From the NCBI GenBank assembly GCA_032249315.1, contig JAVVGB010000016.1, forward strand, positions 1-21,553: DNA of 21,553 bases, read 5' to 3'. Source of the DNA: Thermoproteota archaeon. GTDB lineage: Archaea; Thermoproteota; Thermoprotei; Gearchaeales; Gearchaeaceae. This document shows positions 8,396 to 16,763 of the stretch, in pieces (positions within the stretch are counted from its first letter, which is position 1; each line of letters begins with the position of its first letter). The notes beneath the pieces were generated by a model. The model was given only the letters and a program-made list of their open reading frames with translations, was not told where the DNA came from and did no database searches. A program made the position numbers and the translations under genes.

Positions 8396-9318
8396 TATTT
8401 ATAATAATGTTCTATGATAAATTTAGCTAATCTTATTCTATCTTCTTGGGTTTTTAATGAAATATTAGTTTTAACTAACTCCATATTTAATTTTTCAAGT
8501 CTCTCATCGTCTTCTTTTTCATCTACAATAAAAACATCTATAATATCTTCGTAAAGTTTTGCTACTTGATATGCGCTAACCTCTAAACCTAAACTTTCCA
8601 TTAATTTAGCAGCAGGGCCGCTGAAAGGTGAACCTTTAACAATGGGACTTACAGCAATTTTTTTAGCTTCACTGCTAATTATTATGTTTCGCATTTTAGG
8701 TAAGCTTAATATTGGATTAATGCTTGTAATAGGATTGCTAGGTCCAATAATTATTAATTTAGACTTTAATATTGCTTCTATTGCCTCGTTAGAAATGTTT
8801 GCATTTTCAATATTTTCAAATATGACTGATTTTATTGGCATATTGCCTCTATGCAAAACCCAAAATTCTTGAAAATGTCTTTTTTTAATGCCATCAAATA
8901 TGTATGTAGTAACTTTATCATTTGTCATAGGAATTATTTTGCAATCTATGTTAAGTTTTTCACATAAGAACTTTGTAACTTCTGTTAATTTCATTCCAGA
9001 TTTTAATAAATTAGTTCTTAAAACATGTATGGCTAAGTCCCTATCACCAATATGAAACCATGAATAGGTAGGAACAATTTTAGTTATCATTTCATGAAAG
9101 TTAAAAGTATCATTTTTTATTCCCCATCCTCTTTCTTCATCAAAAATTCCAGCTAAAGTATACATAACTGAGTCAACATCAGGACTTATATGCAATCCGT
9201 AAATTTCTATATCATCTGCAGTATTAACAATTACATTTATTTCTCTTTGAGGAATAACTTTAGCTAAACCATCTATTAGTTTTCTTGACCCAGTACCACC
9301 ACTTAGTACGGTTAGCAA
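8395..9318 (-). CDS. cofD: 2-phospho-L-lactate transferase (TTG start)
   Basis: LTVLSGGTGSRKLIDGL, VIVNTADDIEIYGLHISPDVDSVMYTLAG, GIKNDTF, WFHIGDRDLAIHVLRT, IIIGPSNPITSINPILS, IVKGSPFSGPAAKLM. Confidence 0.95.
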   Translation of the reverse strand: MLTVLSGGTGSRKLIDGLAKVIPQREINVIVNTADDIEIYGLHISPDVDSVMYTLAGIFDEERGWGIKNDTFNFHEMITKIVPTYSWFHIGDRDLAIHVLRTNLLKSGMKLTEVTKFLCEKLNIDCKIIPMTNDKVTTYIFDGIKKRHFQEFWVLHRGNMPIKSVIFENIENANISNEAIEAILKSKLIIIGPSNPITSINPILSLPKMRNIIISSEAKKIAVSPIVKGSPFSGPAAKLMESLGLEVSAYQVAKLYEDIIDVFIVDEKEDDERLEKLNMELVKTNISLKTQEDRIRLAKFIIEHYYK

Positions 9319-9330
9319 TTTCTTATTATT

Positions 9331-9345
9331 TTTATATTTTATAAC
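9331..9345. promoter_or_regulatory. Putative bidirectional promoter between cofD (-) and the rhomboid gene (+)
   Basis: Only 43 nt separate the two divergent starts. TTTATATTTTATAAC sits about 20-30 nt from both. Confidence 0.45.
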
Positions 9346-9361
9346 CTTAAGAATATTTAAT

Positions 9362-10039
9362 ATGTTAAGTGGAAGAGGATTTTTAAGTAGTCATACAAAT
9401 AAGCTTATTTTAGCTAATGTTTTGGTGTTTATTTTTATAATAGTTACATACAATCTTATATCTGTTTATTTTGGCAAAAGACTCTATTATGCAACTTCTC
9501 CTTTAGATATAATTACAGGAAGAAGCATGTCTGGGCTACAATTCCTTCTTTCCCAAGTAAATTATCTCGTTATTAATGGTTTTGTATGGCAGTTGTTTAC
9601 TTCAATGTTTATTCATATAGGTATAATTCATTTAACGTTTAACATGCTCGCACTTTACATTTTTGGGAACATGGTAGAGAATGGATATGGCAAAAGGAAT
9701 TTTTTACTAATATATTTTATCTCAGGATTTTCTGGAAATATAGCTACTTTATTTCTTCTTAAATATCTTCAACCTATGGGTGATTTTATTCCTTCTGCAG
9801 GTGCTTCAGGAGCTATTTTTGGTTTAATAGGAGCTTATGCTATGCTAGGAAGATTAAGCGGAAGTTTCGCTGCAGGATTATCTTATGCTATAATTATTTT
9901 CCTTTTTTCTTCATTATTTCCTGGTGTAAATATTTTTGCTCATCTCTTTGGTTTATTAGGAGGATTAATTGTAGCTTTTTTCTTAACTAGAAAATTAAGA
10001 AAGCATGAAGAAATTATTTACGCTATTGATTATTATTAG
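9362..10039 (+). CDS. Rhomboid family intramembrane serine protease
   Basis: Six or so TM segments with IHLTFNMLALYIFG (HxxxN), the GASGAIFGLIGAYAM catalytic Ser motif, and FAHLFGLLGGLI with the catalytic His. Confidence 0.92.
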   Translation: MLSGRGFLSSHTNKLILANVLVFIFIIVTYNLISVYFGKRLYYATSPLDIITGRSMSGLQFLLSQVNYLVINGFVWQLFTSMFIHIGIIHLTFNMLALYIFGNMVENGYGKRNFLLIYFISGFSGNIATLFLLKYLQPMGDFIPSAGASGAIFGLIGAYAMLGRLSGSFAAGLSYAIIIFLFSSLFPGVNIFAHLFGLLGGLIVAFFLTRKLRKHEEIIYAIDYY

Positions 10040-10955
10040 CATATTTTAAAAAAGATACCATACATTTTAATATAACATAAGCAGCAAATTTTGAAGAATA
10101 TCCTTCATCAAGTATAGGATTTATCTCTACGATATCAATTACTTTAACGTTTTTAATTTTTAGAAGTTCATAAAGTAAATTTATTACCTCATGAGGATAT
10201 AATCCATTAAAACTTAAAGAGTTAACACCTTTTATGTAATGCGCATCAATAACATCGAAATCTATGCTTATATATAGTGATTTCACATCTTCAAAAAATT
10301 CTTTAATTTCTTTTACTACATTTCTTTCCCTTATTTCTTCTACGATGTAGAATTTAATTTTCTCCTTTGCTTTAAGAGCATAATATTTAGAATTGTAAAA
10401 ATCCCTTATTCCTAATTGTGCGACTTTTATATTGTTAACTTTGTCCATTATTTTTCTTAAGAATGAACCGCTTGTATCATAATTTTCTTTTGTTTCTCTT
10501 ATATCGTGATGAGCATCGAAAATTAGTAAGCCTAGCGGGCCTTCTTTAATGTATTCTTTTAATGACAAAAAACTTGGAAATGATATACTATGATCTCCTC
10601 CCAATAATATAGCTAATTTCGATTTTTTGTAGATTTCGTAAGTAGCATTAAATATATGATTAATAGTAAATTCATGGTCTGTATGAGAAACATTAATATC
10701 ACCAAAATCGCATATTTTAAATGAAGCTAAATCTAAATTTTCATAATACGAATATGTATTTAAACTATAAAGATATTCTCTAATGTATTTTGGTGCATAT
10801 CTTGCCCCTGGTCTTCCAAAAGTTAAAGAATCGTAAGGCACGCCTAAAATTGCTACATCGCAATCTTCTCTTGATTTTCTAATTATATGTTTAATTTTTA
10901 TTTCATTTTCATCTATTTTTGATATATCATATACTGGTTCAATAAATACATCCAT
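10023..10955 (-). CDS. Arginase/agmatinase family ureohydrolase
   Basis: Metal-binding motifs LLGGDHSISFP, LLIFDAHHDIRE and YISIDFDVIDAHYIKGVN. N-terminal GVPYDSLTFGRPGARYAPKYIRE. Confidence 0.88.
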   Translation of the reverse strand: MDVFIEPVYDISKIDENEIKIKHIIRKSREDCDVAILGVPYDSLTFGRPGARYAPKYIREYLYSLNTYSYYENLDLASFKICDFGDINVSHTDHEFTINHIFNATYEIYKKSKLAILLGGDHSISFPSFLSLKEYIKEGPLGLLIFDAHHDIRETKENYDTSGSFLRKIMDKVNNIKVAQLGIRDFYNSKYYALKAKEKIKFYIVEEIRERNVVKEIKEFFEDVKSLYISIDFDVIDAHYIKGVNSLSFNGLYPHEVINLLYELLKIKNVKVIDIVEINPILDEGYSSKFAAYVILKCMVSFLKYANNNQ

Positions 10956-10999
10956 AAAATTATTTCTTTTTGAAACTTATAACTCCTAAAGCTTGAAAA

Positions 11000-11251
11000 T
11001 TAGCTTGAATCTAACTCTTTTTCCATATCTTCTTTAATTTTAATAATTTTTTCATAAAGTATATTAAGCATTAGTTCACTTGAAAGAGGAGGCTCTACAC
11101 GATCAACGTTTTCTATAAATCTATGAATATCTTCTATTTCTTTTGATACTGTTTTACCATTTTTTGATAAAACAAGAACCAAAGTTCCTTTAGGTGTTAA
11201 ATAAACTTTATCAAAACCAAATATTTCTTCTAAAAACTTTAACTCTTGCAT
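11000..11251 (-). CDS. Hypothetical small protein (83 aa)
   Basis: ORF 4 nt downstream of the FrhB-like gene on the same strand. No recognised motif; C-terminal amphipathic helix-like segment. Confidence 0.6.
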   Translation of the reverse strand: MQELKFLEEIFGFDKVYLTPKGTLVLVLSKNGKTVSKEIEDIHRFIENVDRVEPPLSSELMLNILYEKIIKIKEDMEKELDSS

Positions 11252-11255
11252 TATA

Positions 11256-12326
11256 TTACTGCATTAGTTTGCTAAGCTGGAAAGAATGCCCTCTAAATTT
11301 TTGTTCAATTGCTCTTTTTGCAACAAATTTAACCTTTGGTTTCTCAGTGCTTTTTACTATTTTACCCGCTCTTAAAGCACTTTCGATTAACTGTTTTCCA
11401 ACTTGAGATCTAATTATTGCAAAATTCCATCCATCCGGTGCACCATTTGCACCTAAGGATATATCACTAGCTTCAGCTGTAAAATCTCTGCAAACATAAC
11501 ATGAGCCAAAAACAGCTTCTTCTAATTCATCAATATGAATTTTTTTCACTTCACCATTTTTCAACCTAAATATTACATTCCTTTTTACAAGAATGTTATT
11601 AACATCCTTAGGTTCAATGTTTAGTTTTTCCTTTGCTATTCTAAAGAATTCTTCTCTTCTCCACGTTTTTGAACAAAATAATCCTAATGTTAAAGCTACT
11701 TTTCCTTTAAATTTTGGAACTCTTTCTGTTAATTTTGCAGCTGCAGTTTGGCATCCTGTTCCTACAATAGCTATTTTATTTAATCTTAATTTATCTATAG
11801 CAGTTCTTAAAGGAGTTACCATTGGAACATGCCAATATATTGTTTGTGAATATTTCCTTAATTCTTTAGGATCTGTTACAATTACTGCTTTAGCATACCA
11901 TTCTTCATCTTTTGTAGCTACTATTGCACCATCAATTAAGCCTATTTCAAAAGCATGTTCTAATAATGCAGTTGTAACACCACCATCTGTTGCATTTTTC
12001 CAAAGTTCATGTTCAGCAGCTTTATATATACCATATTCAATGTAATCACCTAGAGGTTTATCTATGGGAGCTTCGTAAGGATTTACCACAGGACATGCTA
12101 ATGGACAAAGTTGACATAAAATACATACACCTATTAACTGAGCTCCTTCAGAACTTCTTTCATCTACTTCTAATACTTGAGGCGGACATACTGCAACACA
12201 ACCGCCACATAAGCAACATAGATCAGGTTTTACAACAAAAGCTGCTAGATCCCCAAATGTCAATATTTTAGTAGTTGATAAATTAGGTCTATAAATATCA
12301 GGTGAACGTATTTCTACTTTTGACAT
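11256..12326 (-). CDS. Coenzyme F420 hydrogenase/dehydrogenase beta-subunit (FrhB/FpoF-like) with two [4Fe-4S] motifs
   Basis: CCLCGGCVAVCPP (Cx2Cx2Cx3CP) and GVCILCQLCPLACP (Cx2Cx2Cx3CP), followed by the FrhB region: DGGVTTALLEHAFEIGLIDGAIV, IVGTGCQTAAAKL, LGLFCSKTW, CYVCRDFTAEASDISLG. Confidence 0.9.
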   Translation of the reverse strand: MSKVEIRSPDIYRPNLSTTKILTFGDLAAFVVKPDLCCLCGGCVAVCPPQVLEVDERSSEGAQLIGVCILCQLCPLACPVVNPYEAPIDKPLGDYIEYGIYKAAEHELWKNATDGGVTTALLEHAFEIGLIDGAIVATKDEEWYAKAVIVTDPKELRKYSQTIYWHVPMVTPLRTAIDKLRLNKIAIVGTGCQTAAAKLTERVPKFKGKVALTLGLFCSKTWRREEFFRIAKEKLNIEPKDVNNILVKRNVIFRLKNGEVKKIHIDELEEAVFGSCYVCRDFTAEASDISLGANGAPDGWNFAIIRSQVGKQLIESALRAGKIVKSTEKPKVKFVAKRAIEQKFRGHSFQLSKLMQ

Positions 12327-12348
12327 ACAATTTCTTCTTCTTTCAAAG

Positions 12349-12360
12349 AACTTATAAGTT
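12349..12360 (-). promoter_or_regulatory. Putative TATA element of the FrhB-like gene, embedded in the perfect palindrome AACTTATAAGTT
   Basis: The TTATAAG core lies 25-32 nt upstream of the minus-strand ATG at 12326. The 12-mer is self-complementary. Confidence 0.45.
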
Positions 12361-12384
12361 TATCTCTTATATAAATTAAAAAAA

Positions 12385-12400
12385 TTTATATAATATAAAA
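12385..12400 (+). promoter_or_regulatory. Putative TATA region for pckG
   Basis: TTTATATAATATAAAA about 20-35 nt upstream of the ATG at 12420. Confidence 0.45.
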
Positions 12401-12419
12401 TAATTTTATTTTTCATTCA

Positions 12420-14183
12420 ATGGCAGTAATTCTTGAAGAAGCGAAGGGATTAAATAAAGAATTAATAAAATGGGTTAAAGAAGTTGCTGAAATTACCGAA
12501 CCTGATGAAATATTAATTTGTGATGGTTCGGATGAGGAATTTAATTATTTGATTAATATTTTGTTAAAGGAAGGAAGTTTAATAAAGTTAAACGAAGAAA
12601 AATATCCAGGATGTTATCTTTACAGAAGTGCTCCTTTTGATGTAGCTAGAACCGAAGAAGCTACTTATATATGTACTAAAAAGAAAGAAGAAGCTGGTCC
12701 AAACAATAATTGGATGGAACCAAATGAAGCAAAAAGTAAGCTGTTTAAATTGTTAAAAGGTTGCATGAGAGGAAGAAAAATGTTTGTTGTACCTTACATC
12801 TTAGGTCCTGTTTCATCAAAATATTCACAAATAGGTGTTGAAATAACCGATAGTCCTTATGTTGTAATAAATTTGAGATTCTTAACAAGGATGGGTAAAA
12901 TAGCTTTGGAAAAAATAAATGAAACAAACAATTTTGTAAAAGGAATTCATTCTATGGGCAATTTAGATCCTAAAAATAAATACATATGCCATTTTCCTGA
13001 AGAAATGCTAATAATAAGCATAAATTCAAATTATGGAGGAAATTCTTTATTAAGTAAAAAATGTCATTCATTAAGGTTGGCAAGCTTTCAAGCAAGGAAA
13101 GAAAAATGGATGGCTGAGCATATGCTTGTAATAGGATTGGAAAATCCTGAAGGAGAAATAATATATATTACTGCAGCATTTCCTAGTGCAAGCGGAAAAA
13201 CAAACTTAGCAACTTTATCTCCTTCAGGTAAATATTCAGATTGGAAAATATGGTTAATAAGTGATGATATAGCTTGGATGTATGTTGGTAATGATGGAAG
13301 ACTTTATGCAATAAATCCTGAATATGGTTTCTTTGGTGTAGTTGTTGGTATAAATGAAAAAGTAACACCAAATTTAATGAAAACTATAAGTAAAAATACG
13401 ATATTTACAAATGTTGCGCTAACTAAAGATTTAACTCCTTGGTGGGAAGGTCTTGGAGAATATCCAGAGGAATTATTAGATTGGCAAGGTAAACCGTGGA
13501 AAAAGGGAAAGCCTGCTGCTCATCCAAATTCAAGATTTACAACATATTTAAAGCAATATCCTTATATTTCACCTTACTTTGAAGATCCAAACGGTGTTCC
13601 GGTATCTGTTATACTTTTTGGAGGAAGAAGAAGTAAAACTATTCCTTTAGTATTTGAAACTTTTAGCTGGGAACATGGTGTTTTAGCTGGTGCTATGATG
13701 CGTGTTGAAACTACAGCTGCTGCTGAAGGTGAAGTTGGAAGATTGAGAAATGACCCTATGGCAATGTTGCCTTTCTGTGGCTATAATATAGGAGATTATT
13801 TTGCTCATTGGCTAGAAATGGGTGAAAGAATCAAACATAAACCAAGAATTTTCTATGTTAATTGGTTTAGAAAAAATGAAAAAGGTAAATTCATTTGGCC
13901 AGGTTTTAATGAAAATATTAGAGTTTTAAAATGGATATGGGATAGGATAAAAGGAAAAGTTGGCGCTGAAAAAACACCTATTGGATATATTCCAAGGAAG
14001 GAAGATTTTGATTTTGAAGGTTTAAATCTTAAAGATGAAGATATTAATGAGTTATTTAAAATAGATAAAAATGAATGGATAAAAGAATTTATGGAAGCGA
14101 AAAAGTTTTTTGAAAAATTCGGTAATAGATTTCCTAAAAAATTATGGGATATATTCTACGAAATATTGGAAAATCTTAAATGA
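12420..14183 (+). CDS. pckG: Phosphoenolpyruvate carboxykinase (GTP)
   Basis: FPSASGKTNLATL P-loop, SDDIAWM, PWWEGLGE, GVPVSVILFGGRRSKTIPLVFETFSWEHGV, NWFRKNEKGKFIWPGFNENIRVLKWI. 587 aa. Confidence 0.97.
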   Translation: MAVILEEAKGLNKELIKWVKEVAEITEPDEILICDGSDEEFNYLINILLKEGSLIKLNEEKYPGCYLYRSAPFDVARTEEATYICTKKKEEAGPNNNWMEPNEAKSKLFKLLKGCMRGRKMFVVPYILGPVSSKYSQIGVEITDSPYVVINLRFLTRMGKIALEKINETNNFVKGIHSMGNLDPKNKYICHFPEEMLIISINSNYGGNSLLSKKCHSLRLASFQARKEKWMAEHMLVIGLENPEGEIIYITAAFPSASGKTNLATLSPSGKYSDWKIWLISDDIAWMYVGNDGRLYAINPEYGFFGVVVGINEKVTPNLMKTISKNTIFTNVALTKDLTPWWEGLGEYPEELLDWQGKPWKKGKPAAHPNSRFTTYLKQYPYISPYFEDPNGVPVSVILFGGRRSKTIPLVFETFSWEHGVLAGAMMRVETTAAAEGEVGRLRNDPMAMLPFCGYNIGDYFAHWLEMGERIKHKPRIFYVNWFRKNEKGKFIWPGFNENIRVLKWIWDRIKGKVGAEKTPIGYIPRKEDFDFEGLNLKDEDINELFKIDKNEWIKEFMEAKKFFEKFGNRFPKKLWDIFYEILENLK

Positions 14184-14683
14184 AAATAGAAAATCTTGTA
14201 GATTTTTTGCTAGAAGTTTATAAATTAAAAGAAATAAAGAGAAAAGGTTGGATAGTTAAAGTAAACATTAACGAAGCTGAAAGTGTTGCAAGCCATACTT
14301 TTGGAATGTTACTTTTAGCTTCGATAATCTATAACAAGTCTGATTTAATGAAGAATATATCTTTGCACGATATTGCTGAGATAAAGATAGGAGATTTGCT
14401 TCCAGAGGAAAAAGATAAAGAACTGGAGAAAAAAGTGTATGAAGAGATTGTTAAAAATGTAGCAAAAGATTGGAATTTACCTAAGAGTTTAGATGAAATA
14501 TTTAGATTAGAGAAAATTAAGGAACTAGATAGATTAGATATGGCTTTGCAAGCTCTTTATTATAAAGAAAAAGGCTATCCTAAAGAAAAGCTCAGAGAGT
14601 TTATTGTTTCAGCAGAAAAGGAAATCAAAAGTAAGGAGTTAAAAGAGATATTAGAAGAAATAAAGAAAAGATTTGAGAAATAA
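14180..14683 (+). CDS. HD-domain phosphohydrolase (YfbR/5'-deoxynucleotidase-like)
   Basis: ESVASHTFGMLLLAS...ISLHDIAEIKIGDLLP...IEKIKELDRLDMALQALYY gives H...HD...D. The start overlaps the pckG stop (ATGA). Confidence 0.85.
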   Translation: MKIENLVDFLLEVYKLKEIKRKGWIVKVNINEAESVASHTFGMLLLASIIYNKSDLMKNISLHDIAEIKIGDLLPEEKDKELEKKVYEEIVKNVAKDWNLPKSLDEIFRLEKIKELDRLDMALQALYYKEKGYPKEKLREFIVSAEKEIKSKELKEILEEIKKRFEK

Positions 14684-14688
14684 ATTTC

Positions 14689-15302
14689 ATGGAAAAAATT
14701 AAAATCTTTGATTTATCTCATTTTGATATTCATAAAATCTTTCAAGAGCTAAAAGAAATAGGTGCTACTTCGTTTAAGTTGCTTAGGGATGATTTCAGAA
14801 CTCTTCTCTATAACGAAGCATTAAATTTTAATTATAAAAAAGAGCCAGAGGAAGTTAATGCTAAAAAATATGTTGTAAAAATGGAAGTTGAATCATGCAC
14901 AAATTTTCCTAATAAGAGTTTATTTTATACATTAAAGGAAACATTTCAGAATTTTATGATCAATGAATTTAAAAAAGTTGGCGAAGAAATTTTCGAAACT
15001 CCCTTAAATTTTAATTCGATGATTCTTCTTAGGTATCCCAAAGGTTCAATAGGAATTTCTCCTCATCAAGATAATCCTAAATACATCAATTTGATTTGCA
15101 TTTTTGTAATAAAAGGTAAAGGCAAATTCTTTATCTGCAAAAATGAAAAGGGGACGATGCTATAGAAATAAGCTCGAATGAAGGTAACGTTATAATTCTT
15201 AGAGCACCAGGGTTTTTAAAATCAAAGCAAAGACCCTTTCATTTTGTAAAGGATATTGAAGAAGAAAGATATACCTTTAGTTTAAGACAGGAAAAGCTTT
15301 AA
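14689..15302 (+). CDS. 2OG-Fe(II) oxygenase-like protein, reading frame disrupted (apparent -1 shift near 15147-15162); frame-0 part 14689..15165, completed in the -1 frame to a stop at 15300-15302
   Basis: Frame 0 encodes ILLRYPKGSIGISPHQDNPKYINLICIFVIKGKGKFFICKNEKG. The -1 frame continues directly as GDDAIEISSNEGNVIILRAPGFLKSKQRPFHFVKDIEEERYTFSLRQEKL*. Together they supply the HxD...H plus Arg pattern. Conceptual product is 204 aa. Confidence 0.75.
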
Positions 15303-15439
15303 ATTTAAAAGAATTACACTTCTTCTTGCGGATTTATTTTAGGCTGAATCTGAATTTTTAGGAATAAATTTAAGAAATTGTTTCATAAAATTGAATTTGA
15401 ATTTTCATGTTTTTATTTAATATTAATTAAATCTTAAGT

Positions 15440-15832
15440 ATGAGTGTTAAAGTCACATGGAAAGTTAATGAAGGATATATAGGCTACGATTCTAAAGGAA
15501 ACACCATAGAACTTGGTAAAGATAAATTTTCTCCAATGGAACTTTTATTAATTTCCTTAGCAGGATGTACAGCAATAGATGTTGTCGAAATATTAACTAA
15601 AATGAGGAAAAAAATAAAAGAAGTAAATGTCTATGTTGAAGGAGAAAGGAATGAAGAATATCCAAGATATTGGAAAAAAGCAAAAATAAAATATGAGATT
15701 TTAGGAGAAGATATCACAAATGCGGATGCTGAAAAAGCAATAAAGCTTTCAATGGATATTTATTGTTCAGTAGCTGCAACAATTTCAGGCAAGACTGAGA
15801 TATCTTATAGCTATGAAATTAAAAAAGTATAA
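15440..15832 (+). CDS. OsmC/Ohr-family protein
   Basis: DKFSPMELLLISLAGCTAIDVVEIL...AIKLSMDIYCSVAATIS. Both conserved cysteines of the OsmC family. Confidence 0.88.
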   Translation: MSVKVTWKVNEGYIGYDSKGNTIELGKDKFSPMELLLISLAGCTAIDVVEILTKMRKKIKEVNVYVEGERNEEYPRYWKKAKIKYEILGEDITNADAEKAIKLSMDIYCSVAATISGKTEISYSYEIKKV

Positions 15833-15895
15833 TTAAAAGTTAAGTTAAAAAATTACTTTTTCAAAAATATTAATTCTATTTCGTAATAATCTTTC

Positions 15896-16750
15896 ATGAA
15901 TATAGGATTTATAGGGCTTGGCAGAATGGGAAGTAGAATTGCAAAAAACTTACTTAAAGAATATGGAAATATTAACGTTTATAATAGAACAAAAGAAAAA
16001 GCAAAAGAACTAATTGAATTAGGAGCAAAGTTTTTTGATACTCCAAAAGAACTTGCTAAATATTCAAATGTTATATTTACAATAGTTTCAAATTCCGAAG
16101 CTGTAAAAGAAGTACTTTTAGGTTCCGAAGGTGCTTTTCATTCAGCTTCAAAGGATACATATTTTATAGATATGTCAACAATTGAACCAGATGTTTCAAT
16201 AGAAATCTACAATATAGCTAAACAAAAAGGATTTCATTTTTTAGATGCTCCATTAATTGGAAGTGTAGATGCTGCTGAAAAAGCAACTTTGACTATAATA
16301 GTAGGAGGTGATAAAGAAGATTTTGAACATGTTTTGTCAATATTACAAAAAATAGGCAAAAACATATTTTATGTAGGGCCTGCAGGAAGTGGTTCAAAAC
16401 TTAAATTAATAAATAACGTTTTAATTGCTAATACACCTGTCATATTTGGAGAAATTTTAAATATAGCTAAAAAATCAGGTCTAGATTTACAAGTAGTATT
16501 GAATGTATTAAAATCAGGAATTTTTGGACAAATTTTAACTTATTATGAAAATAGGATAGTATATAAAAACTTTTCTACTAGATTTAGTTTAGAATTAATG
16601 TTAAAAGATTTAAAATATGCAAAAAAATTAGCCTCAACGTTTAATTGCAAAACAGCTATTATAGATAGTCTAGTTCAAGTTTATGATGAAGCGTTTAAAA
16701 AAGGTTTATCGCAGCTAGATTATACTTCTGTAAGTACAGTTTTTGAATAA
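15896..16750 (+). CDS. NAD(P)-binding beta-hydroxyacid dehydrogenase (3-hydroxyisobutyrate dehydrogenase / 6PGDH-like family)
   Basis: MNIGFIGLGRMGSRIAKNLL Rossmann motif, YFIDMSTIEPD, FLDAPLIGSVDAAEKATLTIIVGG, GPAGSGSKLKLINN. Confidence 0.9.
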   Translation: MNIGFIGLGRMGSRIAKNLLKEYGNINVYNRTKEKAKELIELGAKFFDTPKELAKYSNVIFTIVSNSEAVKEVLLGSEGAFHSASKDTYFIDMSTIEPDVSIEIYNIAKQKGFHFLDAPLIGSVDAAEKATLTIIVGGDKEDFEHVLSILQKIGKNIFYVGPAGSGSKLKLINNVLIANTPVIFGEILNIAKKSGLDLQVVLNVLKSGIFGQILTYYENRIVYKNFSTRFSLELMLKDLKYAKKLASTFNCKTAIIDSLVQVYDEAFKKGLSQLDYTSVSTVFE

Positions 16751-16763
16751 AAAATAAAAAATT

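Noticed and set aside
8642-8872. Plus-strand 76-aa hydrophobic ORF
   Set aside because: Antisense to cofD; hydrophobicity follows from the complementary-strand composition.
11194-11406. Plus-strand 70-aa ORF
   Set aside because: Antisense across the 83-aa gene and FrhB-like gene ends; no independent support.
11593-12271. Plus-strand ORFs of 150 aa (11593-12045) and 93 aa (11990-12271)
   Set aside because: Both are antisense to the strongly supported FrhB-like gene and show no recognisable domain. They look like shadow ORFs.
12745-13371. Minus-strand 60-62-aa ORFs inside pckG
   Set aside because: Antisense to highly conserved PEPCK; no motif.
15303-15439. Possible ncRNA or small gene in the 137-nt gap before the OsmC gene
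   Set aside because: I could not identify C/D boxes, a tRNA fold or a convincing ORF; only AT-rich sequence with weak repeats.
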